Shown: piece by piece, positions 52,491 to 64,000 of the stretch | Layout: each line of letters begins with the position of its first letter | How positions within the stretch are numbered: the first letter of the stretch is position 1 | Source of the DNA: Squalus acanthias | Lineage: Eukaryota | DNA length: 64,000 nucleotides | Direction: 5' to 3' | NCBI GenBank assembly: GCA_030390025.1 | Contig: CM059427.1 | Coordinates: 73,904,001-73,968,000 of the forward strand | Notes under the pieces: generated by a model | The model's input: only the letters and a program-made list of their open reading frames with translations | What the model was told of the DNA's origin: nothing | The model's database searches: none | Translations under genes and position numbers: made by a program

Positions 52491-52849
52491 TGATGAGACA
52501 TTGTTACAAGGTCTCCAGCGACACAACGAGTTACGATCTGGAACGCGCTGCCTGAAAGGGTGCTCAAAGCCGATTCAATAGTAACTTTCAACTGCGAATT
52601 GGATAAATACTTAGAGGAAAAAAGAGGGCTACACTTCTTTCAAAAAGAGCCAGCACAGGCACGATGGGCCAAATGGCCTATTTTTTGTGCTGCGAGATTC
52701 TATGACTTTGGGTAAACGTCAGACACCACACAACTAATGCAGTGCATCAGCACAAAGACAGTAACTCAGCTCAGTGTAAGCTGAAGGCATTACTGACTAA
52801 AATCTCACCGACACGCACACACCATAATAAACAGGTGAGCATGTTAGTA

Positions 52850-54230
52850 GCAAAGTTCAGGAGGACAAAGACAGACTGTTGAAATGGGCAGACACATGGC
52901 AGATGCAATTTAATGCAGAGAAGTGTGAAGTAATGCCCTTTGGCAAGAACAACACGAGAGTCAGTCTAATCTAAACGGTACTATTTTGAGGGGTGCAAGA
53001 GCAGAGGTATCTGGGGTACATATTCACAAATCTTTATAACGGGGCAGGACAAGTTGATAAGGCGGTTAAGAAAATGTATGAGATACTTGGCTTTGTAAAT
53101 AAGGGCATAGAGTACAAAAACAAGGAAGTCATGCTAAACCTTTAAAATCACTGGTTAGGCCTCAGCTGGGAGTATTGTGTACATTATTTTGGTCGCCTTA
53201 TCTGAGGAAGGATGTTCTTGTCATGGAGGGAATGCAGCGAAGATTCACCAGACTGATACCTGGGATGGCAGGAATGACGTATGAAGAGAGATTGGGTCGA
53301 TTAGGCTTATATTCGCTAGAGTTTAGAAGAATGAGAGGGGATCTCATTGAAACTTATAAAATTCTAACAGGACTAGACAGGCTAGATGCAGGAAGGATGT
53401 TCCCGATGGCGGGGGAGTCCAGAACCAGGGGTCACAGTCTAAGGATAAGGGGTAAGCCATTTAGGACTGAGATGAGGAGGAATTTCTTCACCCAGAGAGT
53501 GGTAAACCTGTGGAATTCTCTACCACAGAAGGCAGTTGAGGCCAATTCATTAAATATATTCAAGAAGGAGATAGATATATTTCTTAAGGCTAAAGGGATA
53601 TGGGGAGAAAGCAGGGACAGGGTACTGAATTTGGATGATCAGCCATGATTGCATTGAATGTCGGAACAGGCTCGAGGGGCCAAATGGCCTACTCCTGCTC
53701 CTATCTTCTATAATTCTGGGCGCCACACTTTAGGGAGGATGTCAAGACCTTGGAGGAGGTTTACCAGAATACCACCAGGGATGAGGGAGTTCAGTTATGT
53801 GGAGAGACAGGAGAAGCTGATATGGTTCTCCTTAGAGCAGAGAAGGGAGACCTATTAGGACGTATTCAAAATTGAGGGTTTTTGATAAGAGCAAATAGGG
53901 AGAAATTATTTCCTCTGGAAAGTGGGTTGATATTCAGAGGTTATAGGATTTAAAATAATTGGCAAAAGAACAAGAGGGGAAACGAGGAGAAATTATTTCA
54001 CAGAGGGTTGATGATGATCTGGAACGCACTAGCTGAAAGGGTGGTGGAATCAGATTCCATAGGAACTTTCAAAAGGCAACTAGACATGTACTTGAAGAGG
54101 ACTAATCTGCAGGGTTATGGGGGGGAAAGCTGGGGTGTGCGACTAAATTGGACAGCTCTTACAAAGAGCCGGCACAGGCACGATGGGCCGAATGGCCTCC
54201 TTCTGTGCTGTAAGCTTCTATGATCCTATG
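52850..54230 (+). mobile_element. CR1 fragment with a second CR1 (about 53172-53712) nested inside it
   Basis: Two 3' ends; the host ORF2 resumes at aattctgggcgccacactttag near 53712. Confidence 0.85.
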
Positions 54231-54857
54231 ACCTATGACTCGTGTACCAGGAACACACAAGTACTATCCAATGGACACAAGCAGCATCCCAGACGTGTAT
54301 ACCGCAGATTCCCCCCCTATTGGGTGGGTCAGTATTGTTGCAGATAGCAGTCCTGGCTTTAGTCCAACTGAGACCATGTGAAGGAAAGACATCTTTTTTG
54401 GACAGATGGTACAGAAAGAGAGAAAGATTAAAACAGGTTGAAGCAGAAGCTTGGAGGTTTAAAATGCAAATCTCTTAGCACTGATGCCACACGCCACAGA
54501 ATAAATGCACCCATTTTAATCAGTCTACCAAGGGTTCCCAGTATGGTTAAAATAATCTCCTTACTAGAACCATTAGATCAACCACCTACATATATATCAG
54601 GTGGACGTAAATGAGCCCATGGCACTATTTCGAAGAAGAGCAGGCGAGTTCTCCCCATTGCTCTGACCAATATTTATCTCTCAATCAACATCATTAAAAA
54701 AAAACACCAGATGATCTGGCCATTATCACGTTACGGTTTGTGGGACCTTGCTGCCGGTGTGCAAATTGGTGGCCACATTTCCTACATCGCATGTTAGATT
54801 ACAAAACAAAAAATACTTTAGGGCATCCAGAGGGAGGGATGGATGGAAAAAAAAAAA

Positions 54858-55320
54858 AAGAGACTTGCATTTCTATAGCACCTTTCACGACCACCGGACG
54901 TCCCAAAGCGCTTTACAGCCAATGAAGTACTTTTGAAGTGGAGTCACTGCTGTAATGTGGGAAACGCAGCAGCCAATTTGCACAAAGCAAGCTCCCACAA
55001 ACAGCAATGTGACAATGATCAGATAATCTGTTTTTGTTATGTTGGCTGAGGGATAAATATTGGCCAGGACACCAGGTTTAAATCCCCTGCTATTCGTCGA
55101 AATAGTGCCATCGGATCTTTTACGTCCACTTGAGGGGGCAGACGGGGCCTTAGTTTAAGGTATCATCTGAAAGACGGCACCTCCGGCAGTGCAGCACTCC
55201 CTCAGCACTGCACTGGGAGTGTCAGCCTAGCTTTATTTGCTCAAGTCCCTGGAGTGGGACTTGAACCCACAACCTTCTGACTCAGAAGGAGAGTGTGCTA
55301 CCCACTGAGCCACAGCTGAC
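54858..55320 (-). mobile_element. SacSINE-like SINE, full length, tail-to-tail with a partial plus-strand copy (about 54598-54830)
   Basis: Family sequence in both orientations. Confidence 0.85.
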
Positions 55321-56029
55321 TACAGGAACACACAAGGGAGAGGAGGGAGGGGCTCCAATCTGTGCACTTGGTTCTGTCGACCAGTCTCTTCCACATGACT
55401 AGAATTTTAATTAAAGATTTGGACCAGGTAGTAAGCAGCAATCTGGATTCAGCTCTCTGCAGTAATCCGTCATTTACTGACAGTTTTCCTCAGCTGCCTG
55501 GTGTCTAATCTTCTAGCTTAGCAACTACTGTTTCAGAGTCGGTCACAAGGGATGACCCTTGGATCTTGCAGAGTTCTAGAAATGCGTCTGATCTGCACAA
55601 AAATGTGCTCACTGTAAAACGGCGTTAACAAAAGCAAAGCAAAGATTAAATGATGCAGCTTGCCCACAGAACGCGACCGTACTGTGCAGCACAGCCATGC
55701 AAAAAACAGAAAAAGGTCCCAATCTCAATCTTACAGGATAGAAGACGGCCATTCGGTCCACTGTACCTGCTCTTTGAAAGAGCCATCCAAATGGTCCAAC
55801 TCCCCCTGCTCTTTCCCCATAGCCCTGAAAATTTTTCCTCTTCACTTATACATCCAATTACCTTTTAAAAAAGTTACTATTGAATCTGCTTCCGCCACCC
55901 TTTTAGATCATAACTGTGTAAAAACACTGCTCATCTTTCCACCTTCCCCCTTACCTCTGGTTCTTTTGCCAATTATCTTAATCTGTGTCCTCTGGTTACC
56001 GGCTTTCCTGCCAGTGGAAACAATTTCAA

Positions 56030-57310
56030 AGAAATCATAGAATGTTTACAGCACAGGAGGCGGCCATTCGGCCTGTCAAGCCCTTGCCGGGGCTCTCTAA
56101 GAGCACTTCAGCTAGTCCCACTCCCTTTCCTTGACGCCCTGCAATTTTTTTTCCTTCAGGTACTTTTCCAATTCCCTTTTGAAAGCCACGATTGAATCTG
56201 CCTCCACCACCATCCAGATCATAACCACTCGCTGCGTAAAGAAGTTTTTCCTCATGTCGCCTTTGGTTCTTCTGCCAATCACCTTAAATCTGTGTCCTCT
56301 GGTTCTCGACCCTTCCGCCAATGGGAAGTTTCTCTCGATCTACTCTGTCTGGACCAGTCGCGATTTTGAACACCTCTATCAAATTTCCTCTCAACCTTCT
56401 CTGCCCTAAGGAGAGTAACCCCAGCTTTCCCAGTCTATCCACATAACTGAAATCACTCATTCCTGAAATCATTCTTGTAAATCTTTTCTGCACCCTCTCC
56501 AAGGCCTTCACATCCTTCCTAAAGTGCGGTACTCAGAATTGGACACACTACTCCAGTTGAGGCCAAACCAGTGTTTTATAAAAGGTTCATCATAACTTCC
56601 TACAATAGCAAAATACAGCCATCATCATAACTTCTTTATTACTTTATCAAATGCCTTTTGGAAGTCCATGTACACATCAACCGCATTACCCTCATCAACC
56701 CTCTTGCCGCATCAAAAAACCCTCAATCAAGTTAGTTAAACACAATTTGCCTTTGACAAATCTATGCTGGCTTCCCTTAATTAATCCACACTTGTCCAAG
56801 TGACTGTTAATTTTGTCCCTGATTATCATTTCTAAAAGCTTCACCACTACCGAGGTTAAACTGACTGGCCTGTAGTTGCTGAGTTTATCCTTACACCCTT
56901 TTTTGAACAAGGGTGTAACATTTGCAATTCTCCAGTCCTCTGGCACCACCCCCATATCTAAGGAGGATTGAAAGATTATGGCCAGAACCTCGGCAATTTC
57001 CACCCTTACCTCCCTCAGCATCCTAGGATGCATCCCATCTGGTCCTGGCGACTTAACTACTTTAAGTACAGCCAGCCTTTCTAGTACCTCCTCTATCAAT
57101 TTTTATCCCATCCAGTATCTCAACTACTTCCTCTTTCACTGACTTTGGCAGCAGCATCTTCCTTGAAGACAGACGCAAAGTACTCATTTAGTACCTCAGC
57201 CTCTATGCGTAGGTCTCCTTTTTGGTCCCTAATCAGCCCCACCCCCTCCTCTTACTTCCAATTTATTATTTATATGCCTATAGAAGACTTTTGGATTCCC
57301 TTTTATGTTA
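56030..57310 (-). mobile_element. CR1 LINE fragment with an internal deletion; same subfamily as 39005-40940
   Basis: MHPRMLREVRVEIAEVLAIIFQSSLD peptide identical in both copies. Confidence 0.92.
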
Positions 57311-58879
57311 GATCAAACCTCTGGATTACTAGTCCAGTATCATAACCACTACGCTACCATACCCCATCTACTCTATCAAAACCAATCATTTCGAACTCCT
57401 CTATTAAGTCTCCCCTTAATCTTCTCTGCTCTAAGGAGAACAATCCCATCTTCTCTAGTCTCTTCACATAACTAAAGTCCCATCATCCCCGATTTAATAC
57501 TGGTAAATCTCCTCTGCACCCTCTCAATTAATGGGCCTCCGCACAGGGAGCAATGGGTGAAATCTAAAAATAGATATCACTCCTAGGGTATAGTTACAAT
57601 ACAACTTTAGCAGTCATGAAGCGGTTTCCACTTGAATCAATGCTAAACTTCAGTATTGCCTCAGAGTGAAGGGCCAAGCTCGCTAACAAAGCAAACCTCC
57701 TTCTCCAGAAAGTCTCACTCCTCAGTCCCACCTTTTCCAGATTAAAATGACGTCACTGGGATAGAAGACAATAGAAGCATCAGAATACTGTGGACTCAAC
57801 CTGGGACCTTTCAGATTCGCAGGGGATCGAGAGGGTAAATGCGGAGAGGTTCTTTCCCTTGGCTGGAGTGTCTAGAACTAGGGGGCATAGTCTCAGGATA
57901 AGGGGTCGGCCTTTTAAGACTGAGATGAGGAGAAATTTCTTCACCTCAGGATTGTGAATCTTAGCAATTTTCTACCCCAGAGGGCTGTGAATGCTGAGTC
58001 TTTGAGTATATTCAAGGCTGAGATAGATAGATTTTTGGACTCTAGGGGAATCAAGGGATATGGAGATCGGGCAGGAAAGTGGAGTCGAGGTCGAAGATCA
58101 GCCATGATCTTATTGAATGGCGGGGCAGGCTTGAGGGGCCGTACAGCCTACTCCTGCTCCTAATTCTTATGCTCTTGTTTTGTGGCTTGACTACTCACTG
58201 CATTTTACCAGATGACAAAACAGAAACAGCACCTACCAATCCTTCTGCAAAAAGTACCTCAACTGTAAACTTGGAAGTTATCCAATGCCCACTCCGCCAT
58301 GGGGGTTTTGGAGCGGATGGGGCACAAGAACAGTAGACAGTGCCAAGTTCTGCCTGCACAGTTTTATAATCCACCACGCCATCTGGTATTACTCTTTACT
58401 GAGCCCAACAACATTTGGAAAAAAAAGAGAAAAATCAAAACATTTAAAAACCCAATCTTAACACACAAAGTAAAAATACTCTTCGCTGCCAAGGGGAAGC
58501 TCTAGGTCAATGCTGCAACCCAGGAAAAATAGTGGAAGCCACACATCTGTCATAACCCCAAACAAACATTCACTTCAACTACATGCTGTTTTTGCCTTTA
58601 AAATGCCCGTCCTTTTTGGATCCTGCGACATGTTGGTTTACGATCGTCGTTCCCCATCGCATCTCAATGCATGGGAAAAACAGCAAAGCCAAATTCTACC
58701 AATACCAGCTTGTACCACCCAATTACCCCCACCTCGCGCACCACCCCCACAATCACCACAAAGACTAGCCAAGTAGGACCTCTCAACTCTTGAAACACTA
58801 AATTTACACAACTATACTCCAATCCATCTCCCTCAAACAAACATCTGGGTGTAAGATACCCTAGTTTTGTATACACATA

Positions 58880-59700
58880 TACAGTCCATGCCCACATGCA
58901 ACAAGACCTGGACGACATTCAGGCTTGGGCTGATAAGTGGCAAGTAACATTCGCGCCACACAAGCGCCAGGCAATGACTATCTCTAACAAGCGAAAGTCA
59001 TACCACCACCCCTTGACATTCAATGGCATTACCATCGCCGAATCCACCACCATCCTGACCATTGACCAGAAACTTAACTGGACCAGCCACATAAATACTG
59101 TGGCAACAAGAGCAGGTCAGAGGCTAGGTATTCTGCGGCGAGTGTCTCACCTCCCGACTCTCCAAAGCCTTTCCACCATCTACAAGGCACAATAAGGAGT
59201 GTGATGGAATACTCTCCACTTGCCTGGATGAGTGCAACTCAAACAACACTCGAAGCTCGACACCATCCAGGACAAAGCAGCCCGCTTGACTGGCACCCCA
59301 TCCACCACCTTAAACATTCACTCCCTGCACCACCGGCGTACCGTGGCTACAGTGTGTACCATCTACAAAATGCACTGCAGCAACTCGCCAAGGCTTCTTC
59401 GGTAGCACCTCCCAAACCCGAGACCTCTTCCACCTAGAAGGACAAGGGCAGCAGGCACATGGGAATACCACCACCTCCAAGTTCCCCGCCAAGTCACACA
59501 CCATCCTGACTTGGAAGTTATCGTCGTTCCTTCATCGTCGCTGGGTCAAAATCCTGGAACTTCCTCCCTAACAGCACGGTGGGAGTACCTTCACCACACG
59601 GACTGCAGCGGTTCACCACCACCTTCAAGGGTAGTTAGGGATGGGCAATAAATGCTGGCCTTGCCAGCAACGCCCACATCCCATGAATGAATTAAAGAAA
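58880..59700 (+). mobile_element. 3' part of a second CR1-group LINE family (other pieces at about 32650-32855, 41685-41910 and 62205-62685 minus)
   Basis: QQDLDDIQAWADKWQVTFAP RT-thumb peptide; gggatgggcaataaatgctggccttgccagc tail. Confidence 0.85.
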
Positions 59701-60054
59701 AGAATTAGGATTTGATTTAATCTCATATGATAACATTTTTCGGTTTCTTGTCACTGATTGAAATGGTTAAAAGTTGTTCATTCGCAGGATGCTTTAGGGT
59801 TTGAGGCGTCAGGGTACTATTTAGACGACACGGTGGGTTTAATTGTTTGGTGAAACACAGGATGCAAGATTCGACTCATTTCCATGGCCACGTTAGGAAA
59901 CAGTTAGCCAAGGCAGTTTTGAGATAAGAGCTGGAACAATGAAGGCAGGATAAAAACAAGTTGGCATCTGTTGGTTTGTAGAAAATACATCCTTTCTAGT
60001 GGTCTGTTCACAATTACACTTTTCATGCCTCAATGAATCAGCGATAGACTTAAA

Positions 60055-60522
60055 TAGACTTGCATTTATATAGCGCCTTTCACGACCACCGGACGTCTCA
60101 AGGCGCTTCACAGCCAATGAAGTACTTTTGAAGTGTAGTCACTGTTGTAATGTGGGAAACGCGGCAGCCAATTTGCGCACAGTAAAGTCCCACAAACAGC
60201 AATGTGATAATGACCAGATAATCTGTTTTTGTTATGTTGGTTGAGGGATAAATATTGGCCCCAGGACACCGGGGATAACTCCCCCTGCTCTTCTTCAAAA
60301 TAGTGCCATGGGACCTTTTACGTCCACCTGAGAGAGAGAAGACGGAGCCTCGGTTTAACGTCTCCTCTGAAAGACGGCACCTCTGACAGTGCAGCACTCC
60401 CTCAGCACTGCACTGGAATGTCAGCCTAGATTTTTGCGCTGCAAGTCCCTGGAGTGGGACTTGAACCCACAACCTTCTGACTCAGAGGCGAGAGTGCTAC
60501 AAGCTGAGCCACAGCTGACACA
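60055..60522 (-). mobile_element. SacSINE-like SINE, full length
   Basis: Family sequence. Confidence 0.87.
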
Positions 60523-62800
60523 TAAATGACAATGACAGTGTTTGAGAAGTGGCCTATAAAGATCTTGAGCTCTAACAATTTGTAGAAAAAAATCAGAATA
60601 GAAAAGGGACGACGACAATGTTACTTCTCTACCCGGGGAAAGAAAACACAGCCGTATAGTTTATTTTTCTGTATCTCTACGGTTTAAAAGATGGTGTGCC
60701 TCTGGACCTGGTTGAACACAAGAAAAGGATTTTTGTCGCATCCATACTGAGAGTCAGGAATCAAACGCGATACAGGGAGAGGGTCAAGAGACCAGGTTTC
60801 CTCCCACCCCAGGTTGTGGTTGCTTGCCATCAAAAATCCCAACATTTCAAATTCAAAACACAGCAGCCTCTTCTTGAAATGAAGGCACTGCGTGGAACGA
60901 TGCGCAGATGAACCAACACAAGGCCCCAGAGGGTGGACCAGAATCGGTACCAGTGATCGCCCACACAGCGAGTCCCAGGCTTCAGCACCTGCCAAGATCC
61001 CCAGTCAGGGAATGGCAGCTACTGCACGAAAGGTGGCCCCCACAGGTCAAATTCACAGATTTCCCTCAAACTACAAATTCAATTGGGCAGGGGTTAAACA
61101 ATTTAAATGTGCAAATTTGAACCATAAAAAAGGGATAACAGCATCAACAAGTGTCAAAATCCAGCCCAACGTGTCTACAAAGTGCGGTGCAAATAGCCCA
61201 ATGGGATTCCAACTATCCCTCGCCGTTAATCTTCTACACAACTAAAAGAAAAAAAAAGTAAGGAACATACCAGTCAAGTGGTCGGTCACAACAGGCTCCA
61301 GTCAACATAACTCTCCCTCATTCCCCAACCCAGAGGGCGGTCTCCTAAACGAATACGCCATCTCCCATCCCAACCAAGGACCAGCACATCATAGCCCTGT
61401 GCTCAAGACTCTCTTTCCTACATTAAAACAGCGACTACATTTTTTTTTTTTAAACTACGTAACAGGCCGTAAAGGACTTGGGGATGTTCCAAGGTCATGA
61501 AAGGCACTATATAAATGCGTCTTTTCTCCCCTCAAATTTGGTAGCAGAGTGCAGGATTAACAGATGTTACATAACTTTCATTGAAGGTATTAAATTTGCA
61601 GAACTGTTTTCGCAAGATGACTAAGCTGCTGGACGATTGTCAAAAGCTATTTTTAGAATTTGCATTTTGCAAGTTACAGCATCTTTTCAGCTTCTGTGTT
61701 AGCTTTTCAATCTACCCATTAGGTTCGATGTCAGGCCACAGCAACTCCTTCAAACGATCTGAAAAGCGTTTTGCAGACTCAGGAATCCGCATATTCCAAA
61801 CCATCTCACCCCCCCCCTATCCCGTCACCACCCAAAGCTGCAGCGATCAGCAGCAGCAGGCAACGTACTTCATTCCGATAACACTGCCAATATCACCAAG
61901 TTCAGCAAGAGCTGGGAAACTGGAACGAAACGTGACCTGGGGAAATAGAGCTTTTACTTCCCTCCTTTCCGAAACTGGGTTTGGGGGGGGGGGGGGAGGG
62001 AGAAGAAAAGAGAGCGATGTGAGCGGAGGGAGGCGGAAGGTGGCATGGCTGCCTTCCGATCCAAATGGAGGTCTAAGAGTGGAGGAGGAAGGTGTAGAAG
62101 TAGTACAACTGCCGGGCATCTAATCCTTACCCCAACATCCACAGATGTACTTCCACCGTCACTGGATAACAATCGGGGACCTTAGAGCTGATTTTTTTTT
62201 TTTAATTCACTCATGGGTGTCGCTGGCAAGACCAGCATTTATTGCCCATCCCTAATTACCCTCAAGAAGGTGGTGGTGAGCCGCCTTCTTGAACCGCTGC
62301 AGTCCGTGCGCTGAAGGTACTCCCACAGTGCTGTTAGGGAGGGAGTTCCAGGATTTTGATACATGTCCAAGTCAGAATGGTGTGTGACTAGCGAGGTGAT
62401 GGGGTTCCTATGCGCCTGCTTCCCTTGTCCTTCTAGATGGTAGAGGTCGCGGGTTTGGGAGGTGCTGCCAAAGAAGCCTTGGCGAGTTGCTGCAGTGCAT
62501 CTTGTAGATGGTACACACTGTGCCGGTGGTGGAGCGGGTGCATGTTTAAGCTAGTGGATGGGGTGCCGATCAAGCGGACTGCTTTGTCCTGGATAGTGTC
62601 AATCTTCGAGTGTGGTTCCCATCCGGGCAAGCGGTGAGTATTCCATCACACTCCTGACTTGTGCCTTGTCGATGGTGGAGGCTTTGGGGATATTTGCCCT
62701 CATTAACCCAGGGGAGCTGGGGAACTGTACAGCTGCACCCCAAGATCAGCAAACTAAGCAGAGACTGGAAACCAAGCCTGGGACCTTGCTAGTTTGCACT

Positions 62801-63598
62801 TGTAAGAAATTGTGGATTGAAAGAAATAATAGTCTGTTACGGGTTCCCTAGATCAGCAGTTTGCCGAAGTTGATGACACAAAAGGATTCCAGTCTCGTCA
62901 GAAAAGGAGTTGTACAGAGAGCTTAATTATGAGGTCAGAACACAAAAACAAGCCTTCGAGTGGGCATAACTAGGCCTGATAAGGGATACAGCAAGGAGCT
63001 CCAGGATAAACAAGCTGTCTACGAGAGGGCAACAAGACCTTTAGAACAGAGATAAGGAGGAAAATGACCTCATGAGGCTGGGAGGGGGCTGTCAGAGGTA
63101 CCCACTCCCTTGTAATTAGACAATGGGATGGGTAAAAATGATTGACACCAGGTATCCACCAGCCCATCAAAATAAGGTATAAAAAAACAGGCGACTGAGA
63201 GGAGAAAACAGGCAGTTAGGGGGCGAAGGCTTCCGAGGTGGCTGCAGCCGAACACCTTGGTCAAGTTTAGCCTCGGAGGTGGATCAATGCCAGCTGACGG
63301 CCTAACACCTCCAACAGCTCGAGGGACGACCCAACGGAAGTGACCGCTGCCACAGACTGCAGGAATCCACCCAATCAGAGACCACCGTACTGCCTCGCCG
63401 TCCGTCCAGTTGTTTTGTTCCATTCCAGGGTCGTAGATCGCCCTCATCTGTCACGGGTTGTATGTCTACTGTATCTATTTCAATCGCATTTAGCAGTATC
63501 TGAGTTATGCTTAAACTGTAGCTCTCTAATAAAAAGCCTTACAACTCCTCAGACCCTTTGGGTAATGTGTGTGTGAGACCTGTGATCCAAATCTTACA
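62801..63598 (+). mobile_element. Solo LTR (798 bp) of an ERV or Gypsy-type retroelement
   Basis: TGTAAGA...TCTTACA termini, perfect 4-bp TSD CACT, TATAAAA at 63178, AATAAA at 63528. Confidence 0.88.
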
Positions 63599-63717
63599 CA
63601 CTGCTCCACTCCATAACGAGCCCTGCACTTGCCATCACCCATCAGGAGAGCCCTAAACGGCTTTACAAAGCCCAGTGTACAAAAGAGTTGTATCAAATAC
63701 CCCTTAGTGCGAGAAAG

Positions 63718-64000
63718 GAAGACCTGCACTTATATAGCGCCTTTCACAACCACAAGACGTCCCAAAGCGCTTTACAGCCAATGAAGTACTTTTTGAAGTG
63801 AAGTCACTGTTGTAATGTAAGAAACACGGCAGCCAATTTGCGCACAGCAAGCTCCCACAAACAGTAATGAGAGAATGACCAGATAAATCGGTTTTAGTGA
63901 TGTTGGTTGAGGGCTAAATATTGGCCAGGACGCCGGGGATAACTTCCCTGCTCTTCTTCGAAATAGAGCCACGATATCTTTTACGTCCATCTGAGAGGGC
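63718..64000 (-). mobile_element. SacSINE-like SINE, cut by the window edge
   Basis: Family tail and body. Confidence 0.82.

Noticed and set aside
61581-62123. 180-aa plus-strand ORF
   Set aside because: Starts at TTG, has no recognisable domain and includes a poly-G run; probably a chance ORF.
48984-64000. BIN1 exon 1 or promoter
   Set aside because: No segment encoding the N-terminal amphipathic helix and no clear CpG island seen; it probably lies beyond the window.

Overview
Vertebrate nuclear DNA, most likely from a cartilaginous fish (shark), judged from its repeats: HER1/CR1 LINEs, an HE1-type V-SINE, SacSINE/DeuSINE-like SINEs and Penelope ends. The whole window lies inside one minus-strand gene, BIN1 (amphiphysin 2). 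Ten GT-AG exons (48983 down to 4749; 81, 55, 95, 96, 108, 93, 86, 76, 83 and 145 nt) splice into a 918-nt open frame. It encodes the N-BAR domain, the neuron-type 31-aa insert exon and the start of the proline-rich linker. Exon 1 and the CLAP/MBD/SH3 exons were not found and probably lie outside the window. The introns are dense with mostly truncated and often nested elements: CR1 and L2 fragments, SINEs, Penelope-like ends, hAT- and Harbinger-like MITEs, and a solo LTR. Best leads: (1) minimal hammerhead ribozyme motifs in fold-back Penelope ends; (2) a candidate in-frame 12-nt microexon; (3) a 159-nt AG-free zone before the neuronal exon; (4) no recognisable muscle polybasic exon; (5) a MITE carrying five near-consensus 5' splice sites just upstream of exon 3; (6) an unclassified fold-back element with 32-bp repeats. 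I see no convincing wholly new protein-coding system. There are two assembly gaps. Repeat boundaries are approximate, and family names and human exon numbering come from recognition, not database searches.
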